Positions 19,821 to 29,907 of a stretch of 64,000 nt of DNA are shown piece by piece (the first letter of the stretch is position 1; every line of letters starts with the position of its first letter). The translations under genes and the position numbers were made by a program. The notes beneath the pieces were generated by a model. The model saw nothing but the letters and a program-made list of their open reading frames with translations, did not search any database and had not been told where the DNA came from. Source of the stretch: Alphaproteobacteria bacterium UBA3768 (GTDB lineage Bacteria > Pseudomonadota > Alphaproteobacteria > CAAHEQ01 > UBA3637); NCBI GenBank assembly GCA_002372315.1, contig DFFU01000008.1, positions 12,014 to 76,013 on the forward strand, read 5' to 3'.

Positions 19821-21062
19821 TTATAATTTATTTTCTTCTGGTAATACATCTATTTGTGTTATTCGATGACCACTTTTGTGGCGAACAGTAAATAACCATC
19901 CATCAATATTAAATTGTTGTCCAACATGTGGGATTTGTTCGGCAACATACATCACATACCCTGCTAATGTTGTCGCTTTATCATCTGGTAGATTCCAATG
20001 GAAAGCGCGGTTAATATCACGGATAGTGGCATTACCATTTAAACGATAAGAACCATCAGGTAATAAATGCCAACGTAACCCGGCTTCGTTGGGTAAATCG
20101 GATTCATCGGCAATATCTCCTACGACTTCTTCTAATAAATCCTCTAATGTAACAACGCCTTGAATGTCGCCATATTCGTCCACAACAATAGCAAAATGTT
20201 CTTTGCGTTTACGAAAGGCAGCCAGTTGATCCAATAAGGAAACACTTTTCAAAACGAACCAAGGTTTTGTACAAAAATCACGAACATTTGTTTTTTTATT
20301 TTTGCGCCAAGCATCAATCAATTGAATGGCCTTCTTGATATGCAATACACCCACAATATTTTCACGTCGTCCTTCCCATAAAGGGATACGACTGTATGCT
20401 GTTGTTCGCAAAAAAGCCAAAATATCGGGTACGGGGGTTTCAATATTCAAACTGGCAATACGCCCGCGATCGGTAAGAATATCACCAATAGATACTTCGT
20501 CCAAATCCAAAACTCCTCTTAAAATACCGCGCTCAGGCAAGTTTTTATTGGATAAAGCCAATGTGCCACGCAACTCTTCTTTTAAATTATCATTATTGAT
20601 ATTTTTCTTTTTGGGTAAGATTTTTAATACCAATTTACTGATAAAGTTAAAGCAAGCCACCACAGGGCTGAGAATATTCACAATCAATTGCAACGGATAC
20701 GCCACTGCAAAAGCAAAAGGTAATGTTTGATGGATGGCATAGGTTTTGGGAAGAATTTCGGCAAATATTAAAACCACGAAACTTACCCCAAAGGTTGCTA
20801 GAGCAACACCTTGTACTGGCCCAAAAATTTCAATCAACAAGCTGGTGGATATGGCTGTTAAAGCAATGTTGACCAAATTATTTCCTAACAATAAAGTTCC
20901 CAATAATTTGTCAGGTTTGTTTTTTAATTTTAATAAAATTTTGGCTCTTTTATCTCCTTTGTCTGCACGGGCAGAAAGTAATGGAACAGAGATGGCTGTG
21001 ACCGCAGTCTCAACTCCAGAAAAGAAAAAAGACATCAACAATAAAATAATCAATTTAATCAT
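19821..21062 (-). CDS. HlyC/CorC (TlyC) family transporter: DUF21 + CBS pair + CorC_HlyC domain
   Basis: N-terminal 4-TM DUF21, tandem CBS domains and a C-terminal transporter-associated domain. 413 aa. Confidence 0.8.
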   Translation of the reverse strand: MIKLIILLLMSFFFSGVETAVTAISVPLLSARADKGDKRAKILLKLKNKPDKLLGTLLLGNNLVNIALTAISTSLLIEIFGPVQGVALATFGVSFVVLIFAEILPKTYAIHQTLPFAFAVAYPLQLIVNILSPVVACFNFISKLVLKILPKKKNINNDNLKEELRGTLALSNKNLPERGILRGVLDLDEVSIGDILTDRGRIASLNIETPVPDILAFLRTTAYSRIPLWEGRRENIVGVLHIKKAIQLIDAWRKNKKTNVRDFCTKPWFVLKSVSLLDQLAAFRKRKEHFAIVVDEYGDIQGVVTLEDLLEEVVGDIADESDLPNEAGLRWHLLPDGSYRLNGNATIRDINRAFHWNLPDDKATTLAGYVMYVAEQIPHVGQQFNIDGWLFTVRHKSGHRITQIDVLPEENKL

Positions 21063-21612
21063 GCTTTACCTTATGGGAAATAATGCCACGATTCTCTAAT
21101 TGCTCAAGGATGCGATGAATCGTATAATAGGGGGGCTCTTCAAATGATTCAACGGTGATATCTGCTTCGCTGTATAGCGGATAACATTCTTTGACCAATC
21201 TTTGGATTGTTTTTTTGTTATCAGCAGCTGGGACCAAAGGTCTGTGGGTGCGTCCTTGTGTGCGTCCTGAAATGACATCAGCCCCAGCTTTTATCCAAAT
21301 AGATACAGCTTTTTCTTTGGAAATTTTACGTGTATGTTCGGATAAAAAAGCCCCACCCCCACTGGATAGGACACAGGGTGCCCCCTTTAATAACCTTTCC
21401 ATAACTTTTTCTTCGCCTTTGCGAAATTCTGCTTCGCCATAACGTGCAAACAAATCAGAGATGGTAAATCCTGTCATACGTTCAATTTCTTTGTCTGAAT
21501 CGATGAAGGGTAAGTGCAGTTTTTTGGCCATCATGCGCCCCAAACTTGTCTTGCCAACGCCCATCATGCCGACCAAAAGTAAGATTTTTTGTTGTAATAA
21601 TTTTTGACTCAT
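21055..21612 (-). CDS. aroK: Shikimate kinase
   Basis: Walker A LLVGMMGVGKTSLG and SK-like core. Confidence 0.85.
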   Translation of the reverse strand: MSQKLLQQKILLLVGMMGVGKTSLGRMMAKKLHLPFIDSDKEIERMTGFTISDLFARYGEAEFRKGEEKVMERLLKGAPCVLSSGGGAFLSEHTRKISKEKAVSIWIKAGADVISGRTQGRTHRPLVPAADNKKTIQRLVKECYPLYSEADITVESFEEPPYYTIHRILEQLENRGIISHKVKHD

Positions 21613-21662
21613 GCTATAACTATAACACGTTTTTTTAAAATTGTCTAGTTCAGGAGGTAAAA

Positions 21663-21806
21663 AATGGCTTTACATGAAAGAAAATCTCATCATTGGGGGT
21701 GGATTTTAGCTTTTATCATAGGGGGAATAATATTTTTGTTCGCATGGTGTGATTTTATGCCTCAACCACAAATGATAGAAAAGAAAATTATCCATACAGT
21801 ACAATA
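21663..21806 (+). CDS. Small hypothetical membrane protein (47 aa), translationally coupled to xerD
   Basis: Not in the ORF track. Strong RBS AGGAGGT precedes ATG 21663. Product MALHERKSHHWGWILAFIIGGIIFLFAWCDF... has one TM helix. Its stop overlaps the xerD ATG. Confidence 0.3.
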
Positions 21807-22730
21807 ATGCGTTCAGATCAAATAGATGCTTTTTTGCAAATGATGCAGGCAGAACGGGGTGCTTCAGGTAACACTCTTTTGGCCTATGGTCGTGATATGA
21901 ATTTGTTGGATGAGTATTTTGATGCGCGTCAAAAAGATTTACTGAATGTGTCTGAAAAAGATTTGGCAGATTTTATCACTTTTTTGGCAAATAGTGGAGA
22001 CTCAGCCCGTACTCAGGCGCGTCGTTTATCCTGTATTCATGAATTTTATCGATTTGCTTATTCTGAAGATTGGATAAAGGTAAATCCTGCAAATTTTTTG
22101 CAAGGCCCGAAATTGCCCAAAGCACTGCCTAAATATTTGGCAGAACAAGAAGTTCTTCAATTGATACAAATTGCACAAGAAACCAATAAAAGATTATATG
22201 TTTTGTTGGAAGTTTTGTATGCTTCTGGTATGCGTGTCAGTGAACTGGTAGGGCTACCTGTGGGGGCTTTTAACAGGGAAGAAAAACATATTCAAATTGT
22301 GGGTAAGGGGGGACGTGAACGTATCGTTCCTTTAAATAATCACGCAATGGCTGCATTAGAGCAATGGATGATTTTACGTGAAAATGATCTTCCAGGTAAT
22401 CGCAAAACAAAATGGCTTTTTCCATCTTTTAAAAGTCATTTGGGGCATTTGACACGGGGGGCTTTTTTTAAAGAACTTAAAAAATTGGCTGTCCAAGTTG
22501 GAATTGATCCAGATAAGGTTTCTCCCCATGTTTTTCGGCATTCTTTTGCTTCGCACTTGGTGGCACATAACGCGGATTTACGTTCTGTTCAGCAAATGTT
22601 GGGACACGCACAAATTGCCACTACACAAATATATACGCATGTTTTACCAGACAGATTAAAAAAGATAGTTGAAAAATCTCATCCTTTATCGTATAATGGC
22701 CGTAAGGAAAAAAATGAAAATAACGGATAA
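21807..22730 (+). CDS. xerD: Tyrosine recombinase XerD (XerC/D family)
   Basis: SAM-like N-domain, and C-terminal catalytic residues in context (R..HxxR...Y: HVFRHSFASHL, TQIYTH). Adjacent to aroK. Confidence 0.8.
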   Translation: MRSDQIDAFLQMMQAERGASGNTLLAYGRDMNLLDEYFDARQKDLLNVSEKDLADFITFLANSGDSARTQARRLSCIHEFYRFAYSEDWIKVNPANFLQGPKLPKALPKYLAEQEVLQLIQIAQETNKRLYVLLEVLYASGMRVSELVGLPVGAFNREEKHIQIVGKGGRERIVPLNNHAMAALEQWMILRENDLPGNRKTKWLFPSFKSHLGHLTRGAFFKELKKLAVQVGIDPDKVSPHVFRHSFASHLVAHNADLRSVQQMLGHAQIATTQIYTHVLPDRLKKIVEKSHPLSYNGRKEKNENNG

Positions 22731-23808
22731 ATACATCTTAAGACAGCTGATTGTTGGCTTTTTATTGGTATTAACCTGCTTAACGATGCTGGTATGGTTG
22801 ACGCAATCTTTGCGTATGATTGATATGATTGTCAGTAAAGGTGTTGGTGTATGGATTTTTATTGAAATGACACTGTTGGTGTTGCCGAAATTTATGCAAA
22901 TTCTAATGCCGTTAGCCTTATTTGCAGTTGTTATGTTCACATTTATTCGCATGCAATCAGATAAAGAATTGATGGTGTTAAAAGCGGTGGGAATGAGTCC
23001 CAGTCAACTCATGCGACCTGTATTAAAAATGGCAACCTTTTTGATCCTTATTGGTTATATTCTTTCTTTTTTTGTCACTCCATGGGCCACGACAATGGTA
23101 CGGGAAATGCGTTGGAAAATCCAAAACAATTTATCTCATGTTTTATTACAAGAAGGGCAATTTAATACTTTTAAAAAAGGGATGATGGTTTATATTCGTG
23201 AACGCTTACCAGATGGTGCAATAAAAGGTGTTTTGGCTTATGAGATTAAAAATGGTAAAAAATCTGTTTTGATTGCGGATGAAGGCACTTTATACCAGAC
23301 ACCTGATGGTTTGGAAATTTTATTTGGTCAGGGGGTACGCCAGGAGTATGATCCTAAAAATCAAGGATTCTCTGTTTTAAAATTTGATAAGTACACGATT
23401 ACTTTAAATGACAGTCACCATTCGGGCAGTTCTCGTGTCCCGAGTGTTCAAGAATTACCATTTATGTATTTATTGACCGTTCCAAAAGATAAAGTGATTG
23501 ATCACGCCACTTGGCGTAAATATAAGGTGGAGGCATTTAAACGTATGACGCAGCCTTTATATAATCTGGTTTTTGCGCTGCTTGCATTAGTGGGTGTTTT
23601 GACGGGGCACTATAATCGCCGAGGTCAATCTGGACGCATTAACTTTGTTGTTGGGGCTGCTTTATTTATTCAAGTTTTTGCGTTGATGTTTGAAAATTTA
23701 TCTGGTAAGAATTTGTGGGCCATTATCTTGATGTGTTTGAATATTATTGTTCCTGTGTGGGTTATTTATCGTGTTTTTCAAAAAGAAGAAGGTCCACGTT
23801 TGAAAAAA
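22714..23808 (+). CDS. lptG: LPS export permease, LptF/LptG (YjgP/YjgQ) family; reads in-frame into lptD with no stop codon
   Basis: 6-TM permease with a central periplasmic domain, ~365 aa to the lptD ATG. The ATG at 22714 follows AAGGAAAAAA. No stop codon occurs before the lptD start. Confidence 0.7.
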
Positions 23809-25962
23809 ATGCCATTGAAATGCTTGATTTTATTGTTATGTTCATTGATGTCGTGCCCAGTTTGGGCTGTATCAAAAATAGATACCTCCGCTTTTAATAA
23901 AGAGCAACCTGTTGATTTTGAAGCGGACCATGTGTCTTATAATCAGCACAATCAAATTATGACTGCAAGTGGTAATGTTGTTTTAAAACAAAATGGTATT
24001 TTGTTTACCACTGATAAAATAATCTATAATCAAGAAAAGGATTTAATTCATATCCCAGGTCAGGCCAAAATGGTTTTACCTGATGGTAATTCATCTATTG
24101 TTCATGATATTCAAATGAAAGCACATGGGGATGAAGTGGCAACAGGCAAAGGAATAATGGACATGGCGGATGGAACACATTTATGGGCCAATCAGGTTAT
24201 ACGTCAAAATAAAGGGACAGAAAATATTTTAAAGGATGCCTACTATACGCCGTGTGATATGTGCGAAGGGAGTACGCCTTTATGGCAATTACATGCGACA
24301 TCTGTGGAACAAGATGATGAATCGCACATGATGCGTTTTTGGAATACTTTTTTGGAAATTAAGGATATTCCCGTTTTCTATTTTCCCTATTTTCAAACCC
24401 CTGATTATACGGTGAAACGTAAAACTGGTTTTTTAACACCGGGATTTGGCAGTGGTTCAGAACTAAAAACCCATATAGAGCTTCCTTTTTTTGTGAATAT
24501 TGCCCCCAATCAAAATTTAACCATAACACCTATGATCTCTTTTACACGTAATCCCCTTGGTATGTTGGATTATCAAGGATTATTCACCAAAGGAAAAGTC
24601 AATTTAAAGGCAAGTTTTACAGTTGATAAGGAACATCAAAATCAAGGACATATAGAGTCTGATTTTGAATATGATATAGATTCTTCTTGGCGCGTAACAG
24701 GGTCTTATAATCGTTCTTTGACTGACACATATTTTCGCCGTTACAATGTCTTGGATGTGGATCAGACACAATCTTATTTGACTTCTCATTTAGGGACTGA
24801 ATATTATGGGAACAGAGTACAAGGTGAGGCTACATTCTATAATTTCCAAAGTTTACAGGATGGGGTTTCATCCAAAACAATCCCTGTTATTTTACCTGTT
24901 TTTAATGCACACTATACAACATTACCCTTTACCGAAGATGGTGGTGTTATGTTTTCGGATATAAATGGGGCTTTTATCAATACGCGCAGACATTTTAAAT
25001 CAAATCGTATCTCTTTGACACAAGGTATTCAATTACCTTATCGGACTTCTTGGGGGCTTTCTACTGAATTATCTGGAACAGTGCGTATGGATGGATACAG
25101 TGTGGATACGGGGGAAGATGGAATTGGTTTTGGTCGAAAAAATGATTCTTATTTTACAGGGCGCATATTTCCTCAGGCCGTTTTAAAAATTGGATACCCT
25201 TTGATTCAAAAAGGAATGAAATATACCCAAGTTTTAGAGCCAATTGTCATGTTGGTTGTGGGACCCAATGGTTCAAATAGTGATAAAATTCCTAATGTGG
25301 ATAGTACTGTTTTTGATTTTGATGATGCTAATTTGTTTTCAGCCAATCGTTACGTAGGGTATGATAGGGTAGAATCTGGATCGCGAATCAATTATGGTGT
25401 TCAGTGGACATTGTATCAAACGGGAAAAAATCGATCCATTCAGGCTCTGTTAGGGCAAAGTGTACGATTGAGAAATGAAACAGAATTGGATGATGCCATG
25501 GGTTACGAACATCATTTTTCCAGTTATGTCGGTCGGTTACGCTTAAATTATGAGTATTTATCATTGGCTTATCGCTTTCGTTTTTCAGAACATAACCTAG
25601 AACCTCAAAAAAATGATATATCTTTGCAACTAGGTGGTGCTCCGTTAAGTGTTGGTATTGATTATTTATTTCAAGATTCATTTCGCATGAAAAATATATA
25701 TTCAACTGCCAAAAAAGAAATTTCAATCTTTGCTAAATCACGCTTAACCAAAAATTGGTCGGCTGAAGCGCGCCACAGATATAATTTACTTAAACCCAAT
25801 CGGGGGGCTTTAGAAACTTATGGTGTTTTGCGCTATGATAATGAATGTACAGCTGTTGAATTAGTTGGAAAGAAATCTTATACTTATGATCGTAACTATC
25901 GTGGTAGTACATCAATAAGTGTCAGGTTCTATTTAAAGACAATAGGAGGTTTTGGACAATGA
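23809..25962 (+). CDS. lptD: LPS-assembly outer-membrane protein LptD
   Basis: Signal peptide MPLKCLILLLCSLMSCPVWA, then an N-terminal OstA-like domain and a large C-terminal beta-barrel. surA follows, as in the conserved lptD-surA arrangement. Confidence 0.8.
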   Translation: MPLKCLILLLCSLMSCPVWAVSKIDTSAFNKEQPVDFEADHVSYNQHNQIMTASGNVVLKQNGILFTTDKIIYNQEKDLIHIPGQAKMVLPDGNSSIVHDIQMKAHGDEVATGKGIMDMADGTHLWANQVIRQNKGTENILKDAYYTPCDMCEGSTPLWQLHATSVEQDDESHMMRFWNTFLEIKDIPVFYFPYFQTPDYTVKRKTGFLTPGFGSGSELKTHIELPFFVNIAPNQNLTITPMISFTRNPLGMLDYQGLFTKGKVNLKASFTVDKEHQNQGHIESDFEYDIDSSWRVTGSYNRSLTDTYFRRYNVLDVDQTQSYLTSHLGTEYYGNRVQGEATFYNFQSLQDGVSSKTIPVILPVFNAHYTTLPFTEDGGVMFSDINGAFINTRRHFKSNRISLTQGIQLPYRTSWGLSTELSGTVRMDGYSVDTGEDGIGFGRKNDSYFTGRIFPQAVLKIGYPLIQKGMKYTQVLEPIVMLVVGPNGSNSDKIPNVDSTVFDFDDANLFSANRYVGYDRVESGSRINYGVQWTLYQTGKNRSIQALLGQSVRLRNETELDDAMGYEHHFSSYVGRLRLNYEYLSLAYRFRFSEHNLEPQKNDISLQLGGAPLSVGIDYLFQDSFRMKNIYSTAKKEISIFAKSRLTKNWSAEARHRYNLLKPNRGALETYGVLRYDNECTAVELVGKKSYTYDRNYRGSTSISVRFYLKTIGGFGQ

Positions 25963-27122
25963 AACATTTGATTTTTTTATGGATGATGGGAACCGCTTTT
26001 GTGGCTCATGCAGGTAACCTAAAAGCGATCGTTAATGATGTGCCCATTTTTGAAACAGAGGTTTCTGCCCGTATGGCGTTATTACAGGCTCAGCAGCCTG
26101 ATCTCTATCAAGAAATGTCCCAGCAAAAATTGGAAAAAGTGGCTTTGGATAATTTGGTGGATGAATACTTGAAAATTCAAAAAAGTCAAGCATTAAATGT
26201 CAAAGTTTCTGAGGCAGAAATTGATCAAGCAGTTGCACATTTGGAACGTCAGAATGGTTTTTCAGAAGGTGGACTGGCGCGTATGTTAAACGAACAAAAT
26301 GTTCCCATGAAAACATTGCGGCAACAAGTTTATGGGGATTTGGTTTGGTTGTCCTATGTCAAAGCAAATGCGGGGCATATTACCATTCCTGATTCAGCTG
26401 TTGATCAAAGAATGCAAAAAATCCGTAAAGAAATGGCAAATCCTACTTTTACAGTTGCCGAAATAAAGGTGCCAACTTTGGAACAGGCACAAGATATATG
26501 GAATCAACTGCAACAAGATGCGGCTTCTTTTTCTGATTTGGCTCAAAAGTACTCCCAATCAAAATCAGCAAAATCAGGGGGCTATGTTGGTGTTATTCAA
26601 TCGGATCATTATGGTTCTGATGTAACCCCTGTTTTAAAGGAAATGCCGGCGGGGCAATTATCCCGTCCGATTATGCTAAAAGATGGATATTTAATTTTAT
26701 ATATGATGGATAAAAAAGCGGCAATTACTTCTGATTCAATTGATTTGTGGGAGTTAGCTCAAGGTGGCGTTGATGACCAAACAGATACAACGGCTATCTT
26801 AAAAGCAAAAAACTGTGATGCATTTGTGGCTCAAGTGGAAAAAGATGGTGTGACAAATTCTGTTCAACGGGGATGGACGGATCCATATCAATTACCGACA
26901 GAACTTAAAGAAATGTTGGAAGATAAGGCTGTGGGTGAAATTTTGGGCCCAGTGCGTGTTCCTCAGGGGAAATTGTTCTTTATGAAGTGTCAAGTCAAAA
27001 AACAACGTGTCCTACCCACAAAAGAACAGGTAAGAGAACAATTAGAAGTAGAGCAAATGGAGCATATGGCCAAACGTTTGTTGAATGCGCAAAAGCGTGA
27101 AGCGGTAATAGAATATAAATAA
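25959..27122 (+). CDS. surA: Periplasmic chaperone / peptidyl-prolyl isomerase SurA
   Basis: Signal peptide, SurA N-domain and a parvulin PPIase domain (GGYVGVIQSDHYG...LKDGYLILYMMDKK). ATGA overlap with the lptD stop. Confidence 0.8.
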   Translation: MKHLIFLWMMGTAFVAHAGNLKAIVNDVPIFETEVSARMALLQAQQPDLYQEMSQQKLEKVALDNLVDEYLKIQKSQALNVKVSEAEIDQAVAHLERQNGFSEGGLARMLNEQNVPMKTLRQQVYGDLVWLSYVKANAGHITIPDSAVDQRMQKIRKEMANPTFTVAEIKVPTLEQAQDIWNQLQQDAASFSDLAQKYSQSKSAKSGGYVGVIQSDHYGSDVTPVLKEMPAGQLSRPIMLKDGYLILYMMDKKAAITSDSIDLWELAQGGVDDQTDTTAILKAKNCDAFVAQVEKDGVTNSVQRGWTDPYQLPTELKEMLEDKAVGEILGPVRVPQGKLFFMKCQVKKQRVLPTKEQVREQLEVEQMEHMAKRLLNAQKREAVIEYK

Positions 27123-27138
27123 AAGGATGATTCAAAAT

Positions 27139-27987
27139 ATGAAAACGATATGGATAGATGGCAAAAAAATGGCTCAGGAAACGTTGGATAATTTACGTCC
27201 TAGGATTGATCATTTGAAACGTATCCCAAGATTAGATGTTATTTGGGTCGGTGATAATGTAGCCAGCGGTATCTATGTGCGTCATAAAAAAGAAAAAGCA
27301 GAAGCATTGGGCATACAGGTAAATGTACATCATTTGTCTGAAAAAACAACATTGGATGCATTGTACCACTTAATCAATCAATTAAATCAAGATGAAATTA
27401 TTGATGGTATCATGGTACAAATGCCACTTCCCAATCATTTAAATTCAAATGAAATTTTGGATATGGTGGCTCCTGATAAGGATGTGGATGGACTGACGAC
27501 AGTGAATTTGGGGCGGTTGATCTGTGGCATGCCTTCATTAGTGGCTTGTACACCGAAAGGATGTATGCGTCTTATTGAATCAGTTGTTCCTGATTTAACA
27601 GGAAAGACGGCCATTATTATTGGACGTTCTCGCTTGGTTGGTAAGCCGATGTTTCATTTGCTTTTATCCAAACATTGTACAGTCATTCAAGCCCATTCAA
27701 AGACGGAAAAATTATCTCAACTTTGTCGCACAGCAGATATTGTGATTGTGGCGACAGGTAAGGCAGGATTGATTGGAAAGGATGATATAAAAGTGGGGGC
27801 TGTTGTCATTGATGTTGGTATTTCTCGGCAAGCACAAGGGCCTATTCAAGGAGATGTGCGTGCATCTGAAATTGATGGTGTGGCTTATGCGGCAACGCCA
27901 GTTCCTGGGGGCGTTGGCCCTATGACAATCGCAATGCTTATGGAAAATACCGTTTTGGCATCGGAAAGACATCAAGGAATTGTTTAA
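27139..27987 (+). CDS. folD: Bifunctional methylenetetrahydrofolate dehydrogenase/cyclohydrolase
   Basis: VGDNVASGIYVRHKKEKAEALGI, GIMVQMPLP and GVGPMTIAML motifs. The second ATG (27139) has a better-spaced AAAGGA RBS than the first (27127). Confidence 0.85.
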   Translation: MKTIWIDGKKMAQETLDNLRPRIDHLKRIPRLDVIWVGDNVASGIYVRHKKEKAEALGIQVNVHHLSEKTTLDALYHLINQLNQDEIIDGIMVQMPLPNHLNSNEILDMVAPDKDVDGLTTVNLGRLICGMPSLVACTPKGCMRLIESVVPDLTGKTAIIIGRSRLVGKPMFHLLLSKHCTVIQAHSKTEKLSQLCRTADIVIVATGKAGLIGKDDIKVGAVVIDVGISRQAQGPIQGDVRASEIDGVAYAATPVPGGVGPMTIAMLMENTVLASERHQGIV

Positions 27988-27998
27988 TAATAAAATGC

Positions 27999-28030
27999 TT
28001 GACAAGCTGAATATAAAAGTATAATTTAAA
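27999..28030 (+). promoter_or_regulatory. Sigma70-type promoter upstream of pilin gene 1
   Basis: TTGACA followed by a TATAAT-like hexamer at 15-17 nt spacing. Confidence 0.4.
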
Positions 28031-28070
28031 AACAGGTTGTGCGTAAATTTGGTTTTAAAAGGGGAAGGAA

Positions 28071-28499
28071 ATGAAAAAGAATGAAAACGGACGTTCAATG
28101 ATTGAAATGTTGGGCGTTTTGGCTATCATAGGTGTTTTGTCTGTGGGTGGTATTTATGGTTATACGGTTGCCATGCGTAAATATCGTGCCAATGAAATTG
28201 TACAAACGATGTCTATGTTGGCGGTGGCTGCTAAGTCCGCAGATGGTGGCACTGGTGACTGTCTTACTTTATCCAAATCTGGATTGGATACGACTGTTGC
28301 GGGGATTACTGTTGAAATGGTAGCTGATGCATCTGTTGGCGGAAATCCTGAGGTATATGTTCAAATTAAGAATTTAACACCAGATGAAACAGATGAACTC
28401 TGTCATGCAATTGAAACAATTGCTCCTAGCGACGATTCTATTGCGGGATATACCTGCGGTGACTGTAGTTCAAATGCGCCTAGTTGTGAAGAACCTTAA
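28071..28499 (+). CDS. Type IV pilin / pseudopilin-like protein (short 7-aa leader)
   Basis: Class III signal MKKNENG|RSMIEMLGVLAIIGVLSVGGI with Glu at +5 and a hydrophobic N-terminal helix. C-terminal Cys pair (CGDCSSNAPSC). RBS GGAAGGAA. Confidence 0.75.
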   Translation: MKKNENGRSMIEMLGVLAIIGVLSVGGIYGYTVAMRKYRANEIVQTMSMLAVAAKSADGGTGDCLTLSKSGLDTTVAGITVEMVADASVGGNPEVYVQIKNLTPDETDELCHAIETIAPSDDSIAGYTCGDCSSNAPSCEEP

Positions 28500-29071
28500 T
28501 TATTTTGTGGTTCTTTGGTGACAATGACCATTGCTTCACGCAATACACGATCCTCTAATTCATAACCTGTTTGCATTTCCTCAATAATTGTGCCAGCCGG
28601 TTTTGTTGGGTCCTCCACTTGTTGAATCACTTGATGCTTATCGGGGTTAAAGATTTGTCCCATATCTTGCATTTTGACGACTTTGTGTTTTTCCAAAGCG
28701 CTTAATAATTGCTTATGGGTCATTTCCACACCTTGATATAGGCTGGTCAAAAAGGGTGGTAGTGCTTCGGTGGCTTTACCCATTTCAACACGTGTGTGTT
28801 TTAGGGCGTTTTCTAAATTATCCACCACAGGTAACATATCTTTTGCAAAATCTTTGTTGGCATACTTGGCTGTATTTTGCATGTCAATCTGGCAACGTTT
28901 GCGCAAATTTTCCATTTCAGCGGCTGTCCGTAAAGCCAAATCTTTCCAGTGTAGTACTTCCTTGGCTAAAGCCTCAACCTGTTCTTGCGGAACTGGTGCA
29001 GGTGTTGCTGTTTTTTCTTCGACATTTTCTTGGGGCTTAGCCTCATTTTCTTTTGTATCTTTTTTACTCAT
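28496..29071 (-). CDS. grpE: Nucleotide exchange factor GrpE
   Basis: GrpE core (AEMENLRKR, LPVVDNLE), 191 aa. Confidence 0.85.
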   Translation of the reverse strand: MSKKDTKENEAKPQENVEEKTATPAPVPQEQVEALAKEVLHWKDLALRTAAEMENLRKRCQIDMQNTAKYANKDFAKDMLPVVDNLENALKHTRVEMGKATEALPPFLTSLYQGVEMTHKQLLSALEKHKVVKMQDMGQIFNPDKHQVIQQVEDPTKPAGTIIEEMQTGYELEDRVLREAMVIVTKEPQNN

Positions 29072-29190
29072 TTCAATTCCCTTTCATTGATTATCCTTAT
29101 ATGTAGGATGAATTGATTTAAAAATCAAGATGTATGACTTGATTTTTATGATAAAAAAGGCTATAATTCCCAAAAACAAAGGAGTTTAAA

Positions 29191-29907
29191 ATGACCAGAC
29201 CATCGGGCAGAATGAATAATCAAATGCGTGAACTTTCTATTATATCACATGTCAATAAGCATGCGGAAGGTTCTTGCCTTGTCAAATGCGGTGATACGCA
29301 TGTTTTGTGTACCGCCAGTGTAGAGATGAAAGTCCCTGCTTGGATGAAGGGCATGCACAGTGGTTGGATTACAGCCGAATATGGTATGTTACCACGGGCC
29401 AATGCACAACGCATTGATCGTGAGGCGATTAAAGGTAAGCAAGATGGTCGTACCCATGAAATTCAACGTCTAATAGGGCGCAGTTTACGTGCGGTGGTGG
29501 ATCTACACCAAATGCAAGGGATGACGATTAAGTTGGATTGTGATGTATTGCAAGCCGATGGTGGTACTCGTACCGCCTCTATCACAGGGGCGTGGGTAGC
29601 TTTGCGTCAAGCCATCAATAAATTATTGGCCGAAAAAAAATTGGAACGTGATCCTATGCTGGGGCAAGTGGCCGCTATTTCCTGTGGCGTTGTGCAAAAT
29701 AATCCTGTTTTGGATTTGGATTATGTGGAAGATTCCAATGCAGGTACAGATGCTAATTTTGTGATGAATGATAAGGGGCAATTGTTGGAAGTACAAGGTA
29801 CAGCCGAAGGTGCGCCCTTTACGGCGGATGAATTAATGACTTTGGTTAAAATGGCCTCAGATATTATGCCGATTATTATGAAAAAGCAATTGGAAGCATT
29901 AAAATAA
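29191..29907 (+). CDS. rph: Ribonuclease PH
   Basis: 238 aa with the RNase PH signature ([38 protein letters not shown]). Confidence 0.9.
   Translation: MTRPSGRMNNQMRELSIISHVNKHAEGSCLVKCGDTHVLCTASVEMKVPAWMKGMHSGWITAEYGMLPRANAQRIDREAIKGKQDGRTHEIQRLIGRSLRAVVDLHQMQGMTIKLDCDVLQADGGTRTASITGAWVALRQAINKLLAEKKLERDPMLGQVAAISCGVVQNNPVLDLDYVEDSNAGTDANFVMNDKGQLLEVQGTAEGAPFTADELMTLVKMASDIMPIIMKKQLEALK

Noticed and set aside
22669-25962. Treating the 1097-aa ORF as one ordinary gene.
   Set aside because: It clearly comprises an LptF/G-type permease and LptD, and it can be split at the lptD ATG (23809). The fusion is reported as a finding and not as a single-protein call.
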